NCBI RefSeq assembly: GCF_000143415.4
Contig: NW_003314265.1
Span: 448,405 to 512,404, forward strand
Source: Selaginella moellendorffii
Taxonomy: Eukaryota > Plantae > Lycopodiophyta
Reading direction: 5' to 3'
Length of the DNA: 64,000 nt
Made by a program: the position numbers and the translations under genes. This document shows, one piece after another, positions 56,882 through 64,000 of this stretch; position 1 is the first letter of the stretch, and each line of letters begins with the position of its first letter. The notes under the pieces are model-generated. The model was not told where the DNA came from. It searched no databases and saw only the letters and a list, made by a program, of their open reading frames with translations.

Positions 56882-58179
56882 TCAGTGTTCCTCGTCTTCT
56901 TGTACTTGTTCGCGTTTTCGTTTTTTCTTCTTGTGCTCCTTGCGTTTGCTGCTGCTGCAAATACATATAAAAAAATATCAATGATTTTAATCCCCGATGG
57001 AAGACAATTACCTCGGCTCGGCCTCGACCTTAAGCTTGCTGCTGCTGTAAAAACAAGAGAGAAAATAGAAAACTGGGAGTTTGACCATCTATCAATATAA
57101 ACGTGGTCTACCTTGACTCGGCCTCGGTCTTTCGCTTGCTCCTGCTACAAAAACCAGAAAAAAAGAAAAAGACAAAAGAGAGGAGAGATCCGCGTAAACA
57201 AACAAGAAAACAAAAAAAATACCGGTTTACCTTTTCTCGCTAACAGGTGTTTGTTGTTCTTGCTGGGCCTCTTTGTCTTCCTCAAGACACGCGATCCAGT
57301 CTAAAGCACCAGTCTCCGGAGGAACAAGGGACCCGACGATGTCAATAAATTCATCCTCTTCCTGAACACTGACCCCATTAAAGACAAAAGCATGGCAGTC
57401 AGCTTGCTTGTTCTTGAGATAAATTTTGTGCCCACCTCTTAACTAGGAAAGAGACCCTGCTCCCAACTCTAATGCAATGCCGCTCATCGCTCTCGCTTAT
57501 CCAAGTTTGCTCAGTAGCCTGTTGAAGTTAAGAGACAAAGAAGTAACTTAGCACTGTCACGAAAATTGAAGTTGAGGAACAAAGCACTAACTTAGATGGG
57601 AGAGAGAATGAAAGAGAAACTCACCACTTCATCGTAAAAGAGGTCTTGCCGGATGTCATTGATTCCTATTGCCGCGTTGAACAATCCCAAAACCAGCATT
57701 CCAATGTAATCCTTCTCGACTTTGTTTACTTTGCCTTCTGTCCTGTCCACAGCCAAGCGCCTAAAGCTCGTTTAGAATGATCGCGGCAAAGAAAACGAGA
57801 ATGGAGCACGTACCGATGAGCATTCCCGCTTTTGGAGAGAAGAGAAGCAAATCGGCCTTTAGTCGCACAGTGAAGTAAGGAAGCAGCGGAAGGATCTTGT
57901 GGCCAAACTTTAAAATCTCTGGGCGAAAGTAGGCGAGAAGAACACCATCGAAGCTACTGTCGAATCTAAGAAAACCGAGGAAAACATGAGAAGAAGGAGC
58001 TAAAAACCACATTACTTGAGAAGCATCGAGTTGAGAACCTCTCGCACGGAAGCCTCGAGATTGGAGGCGCATTTCGGATGGAGATACATGCGAATGCGAG
58101 CGCTGACGGATCGAAGCCACTCCACTCCGTCTGGATCGTCCTCCTTCCCCGCGACGGCACAATGCACGGGCACAGCCAT
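56882..58179 (-). CDS. RNA polymerase I subunit RPA43-like, multi-exon
   Basis: RMYLHPK..LNSMLL/FDSSFDGVLLAY..PYFTVRLKADLLLFSPK/GKVNKV..LVLGLFNAAI; Lys-rich tail KEHKKKKRKRE. Confidence 0.8.
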
Positions 58180-58188
58180 TCCCCACCA

Positions 58189-58211
58189 AAAACCCTAGCT
58201 GGGTTTAGGGC
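58189..58211. promoter_or_regulatory. Telo-box-like motifs in the 130-bp divergent RPA43/PPR spacer
   Basis: AAACCCTAG followed by GGGTTTAGGG. Confidence 0.5.
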
Positions 58212-58309
58212 TCCATTTTTATTGAAACTTGAGCTTCCAGGTGGCTTTTAGACAGCCGTCGATACGCTATGCAAGGATCGACGGCCGAAGAAGCACGACA
58301 TTTGTCTGA

Positions 58310-59722
58310 ATGAATCTCAATGTCAAGGAGTTTGCTAGAGTATTAAAAGAGTGTGGAAACCAACGAGATTTTCTCAAAGCAAAGCATCTCCACAAGGTAA
58401 TTCTCAGGAACAGTGAGTTCAACCACAACAAGTACCTCGCAAATCTTGTGATTGAAATGTATGGAAAATGTGGGAGCCTGGAGGATTGTCTTGCGGCTTT
58501 CTATGAGATCGAAAGGCCTAATGTCTTCTCTTGGTGCATTCTTCTCTCGGCATATGCCAGCAATGGGCATCTTCAGCAAGCCAAGGCTGTTTTCGATCTG
58601 ATGCCGGAAGTAAACATCGTAGCCTGGACTTCGCTTCTGAAGTCATATGCAGATAATGGTTTGCTGCACGAAGCAGAAAGAATGTTTTGCGAAATCAAGG
58701 CCGTGTGTAACCTTGTCTGCTGGAATTGCATGCTCGCAGCATATGCCCAACACAACCGTTTCGAGAAAATGGATTCCATCTTTTCTGACATGCCTGCCCG
58801 TGATTTAATCTCATGGAACTCGGTACTTTGGGCAAATGCTGAGTTTTGCGGTTTCGGAAAGACCAAGACCATGTTCGATGCGATGCCCGAGTGGGATATT
58901 ATTTCATATAATGTGATGCTTTTGGCACATACCCACACTGGGCATATCAACGACGTCGAGTCCCTCTTTGCTGCTATGCCCGAGCGCGACCTCGTCGGCT
59001 ATAGCCAAGTCATTGCAGTACACATCGTGCACAAAGATCTAGACCGAGCGAAGTTGCTGTTTGATCAAATGCCGGAGCGAGACGTGATTTCTTCCACAAG
59101 ATTGCTGCAAGGGTACGTGGAATCACGAGACTTCGAGGCAGCGACAGATTGCTTCAATGCTATGCATCAACTTAGCGTCCCGTCTTACAACTTAATGGTC
59201 GTGGCATATGCCCAAGAAGGGCATCTCGACTGGGCCCAAAGTGTTTTCCACGAGATTCCGGAGAGGAGCATCGTGTCGTGGACGTCGCTGGTTGAGGCAT
59301 ATGCCCAGAACGGGCATCTTGGCGACGCGAGAGAGATGCTCGAGAGGATGCCCGAGAGGAATGTGGTGGCCTGGACGGCCATGATCTCCTCGTATGCGCA
59401 CAATGGCTATGGACGATTGGCAATTTCAATGTTTCGGGAGATGGAGGTTAGTGGTGAGGAGGCCAACGAGGTTACCATCTTGGGTGTTCTTCTGGCGTGT
59501 AACCACAAAGGAATGCTTGTTGAGTGCTTGGGTTGCTTCAAAGGGATCAAAGAGGACTATGGTGTTACTATGGTTGTGGATCACTATCTGGCAATGGTCG
59601 TGGTTTTGGGACGGCTTGGACATGCCAAAATTGCGAGAGATTTGCTGAATTCCATGCCTTTCATCGCTGACAATCCTCGAAGTTGGGAGATCTTCCTGAG
59701 GTTTTGTGAGGGATGGAATTGA
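58310..59722 (+). CDS. PLS-class PPR protein ending within the E domain
   Basis: 470-aa ORF with MYGKCGSLED, NVVAWTAMI, DHYLAMV and MPFIAD. Confidence 0.92.
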   Translation: MNLNVKEFARVLKECGNQRDFLKAKHLHKVILRNSEFNHNKYLANLVIEMYGKCGSLEDCLAAFYEIERPNVFSWCILLSAYASNGHLQQAKAVFDLMPEVNIVAWTSLLKSYADNGLLHEAERMFCEIKAVCNLVCWNCMLAAYAQHNRFEKMDSIFSDMPARDLISWNSVLWANAEFCGFGKTKTMFDAMPEWDIISYNVMLLAHTHTGHINDVESLFAAMPERDLVGYSQVIAVHIVHKDLDRAKLLFDQMPERDVISSTRLLQGYVESRDFEAATDCFNAMHQLSVPSYNLMVVAYAQEGHLDWAQSVFHEIPERSIVSWTSLVEAYAQNGHLGDAREMLERMPERNVVAWTAMISSYAHNGYGRLAISMFREMEVSGEEANEVTILGVLLACNHKGMLVECLGCFKGIKEDYGVTMVVDHYLAMVVVLGRLGHAKIARDLLNSMPFIADNPRSWEIFLRFCEGWN

Positions 59723-60506
59723 GAAGCTTGAAGAAAAGTTTTGGATTTTTCAATAAATAAAAAAAGTTTAAGCGATTTAAAAGTCATGATAATTACACGT
59801 GTCCTTTAAAAGATGCATACCATAGTCATACCCATAGCCACATACCCATACCAAGAAGGAAGAACAAGGGTGAGCACATAATTATTGTCTCGCTCGAGCG
59901 CTCCTGCTCGCTCCGCCTCCGAATCCGCGCCTGGCGGGTGCTGCCAATCCCATCGCCGTGACGCCGCCGCTCATCTCGCGAGATTCTTCCGGATTGCGCA
60001 TGGGTAAGTCCTCCTCTCCCCTCTCCGTGGAGAATTCTGGCGAGAATTTCTAGGGTTTTCGTGCCTCCCCTCTCTGTCCTGGAATGGATGCGTTCTGTGC
60101 CCGAGCAGCTGGAGGATTTGTTTTCTCCTGGCTGCCTCGAGGCAGTGGGCATTGACTTTGTGGAATTGGGTTCTCTGGGTTAGGGTTAGTGTGTGAATTT
60201 GTGTGTGGATGCCTTGGCTGAGCGTCTAGTTTTGTTTCTTCCCTCTTTAGTTTTTTTTTCTGTGGAGATCGGCTGTACAGATTTAATTTTTTCTGGATGG
60301 ATGGCAGGAAATAGCGATTTTGGCAGCAGTTTTTAAGTGTTGTAAGATTTTTTTCCGTAGGAAGCTTAGCTTAGGCTATGGCTGCACTCTCATAGCTAGA
60401 GCTTGCTAGAAAAAAAAAACAAAAAAAAAAAAAAAACAAATTCAGCTTTTTTTCTCTCTCTCTGACACTCTTCTCATGTTTTAGGTGGAGGAATATTTTT
60501 GGGAGA

Positions 60507-62293
60507 ATGTCACTTGTAACAAATCGGAGCAGTGGTTCTGCTGTTGCTCTAGACGAGCCTCCCGACAACGGATTGTCGAAGAAGCTTGCTCGGCTGAGCT
60601 TGAATCCTGATGCTCAGGAGTTTGTACCATCGTCCTCAAGAACATCAGTGAGTGCTGGAAACTCGGGCTCTAATGGTGCTGCTTCCGAGGCTAGAAGTAA
60701 AGCTAACGTTGACAGCTCCAGCAATCCCAACGCTTCCGATGACGAGTTTAGACAGTTTTGGCGATCGCAGCTCCCGGACGATCTCATTACCGACTCAGAC
60801 TTTTCCTCGGAGATTTACTCGCCAACCAACCAATATGACCAGCAGCAGGCGCGCGACTTTGACGTAAATTTTGGTGGAAGAACTGGTGGCCCGCGAAGGA
60901 GCGAAAGAACAAATGGTTAGTACGCTCTTGAGTGTTATTATCCTTCTTATCAATCTGATGTTGTTTGAGGTTCCTATTCGCAAGACGAGAAGAGTGCTCA
61001 CTCCTGGCCGGCTAATGGGAGTACTGATGGTTTGGAGTTGGAACAGTCCCCAGATGAGATTCACCCGCTTACTTTACTCGCGACCGAGTTTCCAAATTTT
61101 GGTGTCCAGAGCTTGTCCGACATTTATTCCGCTACCGGGTGTGACTTGAGCCTGACGATAGAGATGCTAACGCAACTCGAAGTAAGCTCCTTTTCTTTTT
61201 CGTTTCTGGTAGAATGTGACTCTTGCTTTTCATGTCAGCTTCAAGAGGAAGGTGCACCATCTCGACGTACTTCACGTCCGGCTGCTGTACCCTCCTTGAC
61301 CCCTACAGATTTTCCATCTCTACCGGGTGTAGAAATTATCAACGGACTGTCGGGTCATCAAGAAACGCGTCCCATGAGTTCTCAAAGACCGATGGAGCTG
61401 GCTACTTCACTTCGCCGGTTTGGCCCTGGGGAACAAGGCATAGATTTTGCAGCGGTTGTGAGAAAACAGGCACAGCAGGCTGTTCATCAGCAACCTTCAC
61501 ATTGGCCATTCGAGAGAAGTGCTGGAGATATCACCATCGGGCCGGGGCGGTCTTCGGCGGCGCAGAGCCTCGGTGTCTATGGCTTTAACAGTCGTCCTCC
61601 GCAGCAACCCTGGCTTGAAACAGGAGAAGCTGTGGGTAAGTCCGTGACAAATCTCGGCCCAACTCTACCGTTTTCCATTGGATTGCAGCGAGCATGTACA
61701 GTGATATGAGGGAGGAAGCTCGGGACCATGCGCGTGTTCGAAATGCCTACTTTGAACAGGTACTTCGTTTTTCGAAGTTGGCTTGCTTAGTAGTTTCTCT
61801 CTCTCGTTTTTGTTTCCAGGCTCGACAAGCTTACCTTGTCGGCAACAAAGCACTGGCTAAGGAGCTGAGTGCCAAAGGCCAGTGGCACAACGAGCAAATG
61901 AAAAACGCTCATGGAAAAGCCGCTGAGGCCATCTTCCACCAGAGGTTCGTCTCTTTTTTTTCTCTCTCCAACTAAAAGTCCAAATGTTTCAACTCCAGGA
62001 ATGCGTCGCTGCTTCATCTGGCTCGCGATGGCAACAGGATGATCGACTTGCACGGGCTTCACGTCGGCGAGGCGATCCCTCTGCTGCGGCGAGAGCTCTC
62101 GGCGCTGAGAATAGCGAGCCGAGTGACCTCCAAGCGGCAGTGTGTCTACGTTTGCGTGGGGACGGGCCACCACACCAAAGGCTCGCGGACTCCAGCTCGC
62201 GTGCCCATCGCCATTGAGCGGTATCTCGCCGAGGACGAGCGGCTCCAGTTCTCGGAGGTCCAGCCGGGGATGCTGCGGGTGTTTGTCCAGTGA
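60507..62293 (+). CDS. CID7: CID7-like poly(A)-binding-protein interactor (PAM2, CUE, DUF1771, Smr)
   Basis: PAM2 SLNPDAQEFVP, WRSQLPDD, WLETGEAV, REEARDHARVRNAYFEQ, IDLHGLHV, VGTGHHTKG. Confidence 0.9.
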
Positions 62294-62688
62294 AGCGACG
62301 AGCGAACAAACACGCGCGAGCAAAAGGCATCGCCAACTTTGTGAATTAACAACCTGTTTTGTTTTGTACACTTTGCAGCAGCACCAAGCAAGCAAGCAAG
62401 AAGGAGAAGTCACAGTTTCAACAAAGAACAAGAGAGAGAAGAGATTGAGAAGCCGAGAAAACATCATGGTCGTTTGTCATTGGAAGAATTTTTTGTATCG
62501 CTTTGGTAGCGTTAGCTATTTAATCTGTATATTATGTAAAAACACAAAAGCCTGGTGCTCTGAGAAATTGGCCACCTTTTTCCATTGTAGAGAAAATGAG
62601 AACGAACTTTGCTTCGATCAAACGAAACAAAAATAAATTTTCAAAAAGCCACATGCTTGTGAGCGAATCGAGCGAATCGATCACAGTG

Positions 62689-64000
62689 TCAGTGGTACTT
62701 CATGCTTGCCACGTCGAAGCCGGGCATGTCAAAAGAGGTGGCGAATTTTTCCACCTCGGCCTTGAGATTTGCGAGCTCCTTGTTGTCCACCAGTCCCTTG
62801 TTGAAGTCACGCAGCATCTTACCGTGTTGTTTCTGGATGGCGAGCGTGATGTCAATCGCCCGTCCCAGGAACTCGGCGATTTGCTCGAAGTCTTTCTCCT
62901 TGAGACCTCTTGCGGTCATGGCCGGCGCTCCTGTCCATTGCAAATCACACACAAGTTAGTTTCTCGCCAAATATAAGGAAACATGATTTATCTCACCAAC
63001 ACGGACGCCTCCAGGCGCAAGAGCACTGCTATCTCCAAACACCGCGTTCTTGTTAAGTGTTATGTGAGCGAGCTCGCACACCTTCTCGACCTTGTTACCT
63101 GTCGAAGTAAAAACGATGATTTGTTTTTCGTTCTTCCAGCTGCGAGAGGAATTTACGTACCAGTTAGACCGAGCGGACGCAAGTCCCAGAGGATGAGATG
63201 GTTCTCGGTGCCGTCAGTTACTATCTTGTATCCCTTCTTCATGAGCGCGTCCCCGAGAGCCGCTGCATTGGCCCGGATTTGCTTCGCGTACACCTTAAAC
63301 TCGGGTGTATTGACTTGCTTCAGTGCCACGGCCAGAGCAGCGATCTGATGGTTGTGCGGTCCTCCCTGGAGCGATGGAAACACAGCAAAGTTGACCTTGT
63401 CCTCGAAGTCGTAGTTTTCTTCCGTTGTCTGGCCCTTCTTGGGAGGCTTGGGGCCCTTTCGGTAAAAGATCATGCCGGCTCTTGGTCCCCTCAGGCTCTT
63501 GTGCGTGGTCGTCGTCACAATGTCGCAGTGCTCGAACGGACTCTTTGCCTCCTGGAATGTTTGGAATTTATGAGAAACAATCACAAAAGCCAAATTTCTT
63601 GAAGAGGACCACCAGAAAAAGAAATAGGACACGCACAAAGTTCCAGAAAGATCAGCACGACCACCACCATGAAATCTCAGCGCACACAATCCAAATTCAC
63701 CCAGACATCTCGAAAACTTGAGAACTTCCAACAGGAAATCATTCAATCCAAATGCAAAACAAAAGAGTTCCAGAAATCTCAGCACGAGCAGCAAAGAAAG
63801 TCGCTCGTGAAATCTCAACTCAAACAATCCAAATTCACACGCAGACATCTCGTAAACTTGAGAGCTTCCCACAAGAAACCATCCAATCCAAATGCAGACA
63901 CAAACCAGATTTAAAAATCCAAATGCTCACTCACCTCGGCAGCAACGAGCCCGCTAATGTGAGCCATGTCACAGAGAAGTAGAGCTCCACATTTGTCCGC
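62689..64000 (-). CDS. SHM: Serine hydroxymethyltransferase (cytosolic SHM4-like), 5' part outside the window
   Basis: [54 protein letters not shown]. Confidence 0.96.
63630..63920. repeat. Imperfect ~140-bp direct duplication in an SHMT intron
   Basis: caatccaaattcac..cagacatctcg.aaacttgaga..caatccaaatgca occurs twice, with nested aaatctcagc units. Confidence 0.8.

Overview
Gene-dense eukaryotic plant nuclear DNA. Very short introns (many about 50-70 bp), short intergenic spacers, several intronless PLS-type PPR genes with runs of ~31-aa motifs and a CYCLOPS gene suggest a compact lycophyte genome such as Selaginella (inference). About 20 conventional genes are recognisable: AUX1/LAX-like, PH protein, CAAX/CPBP protease, ORM, 4R-MYB/SNAPc4, C2H2 protein, NAT11/12, kinesin-7, HCF152-like, biotin ligase, CYCLOPS/IPD3, IST1-like, ferredoxin, RRM protein, RPA43, CID7, SHMT and five PLS-PPRs. 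There is also an intact U1 snRNA gene with USE/TATA promoter, U1 and tRNA relics, a PRISE pseudogene, a decayed gag relic and two N-gaps. The most unusual feature is an unrecognised family of secreted, repeat-containing peptide-precursor-like genes (3 intact copies and 1 truncated). They lie in a locally amplified [RRM - peptide gene - PPR] module that is tandemly repeated at 48.8-56.8 kb and copied in inverted, mosaic form at 32.6-36.3 kb. Spliced-gene coordinates were derived by eye and span start to stop codon.
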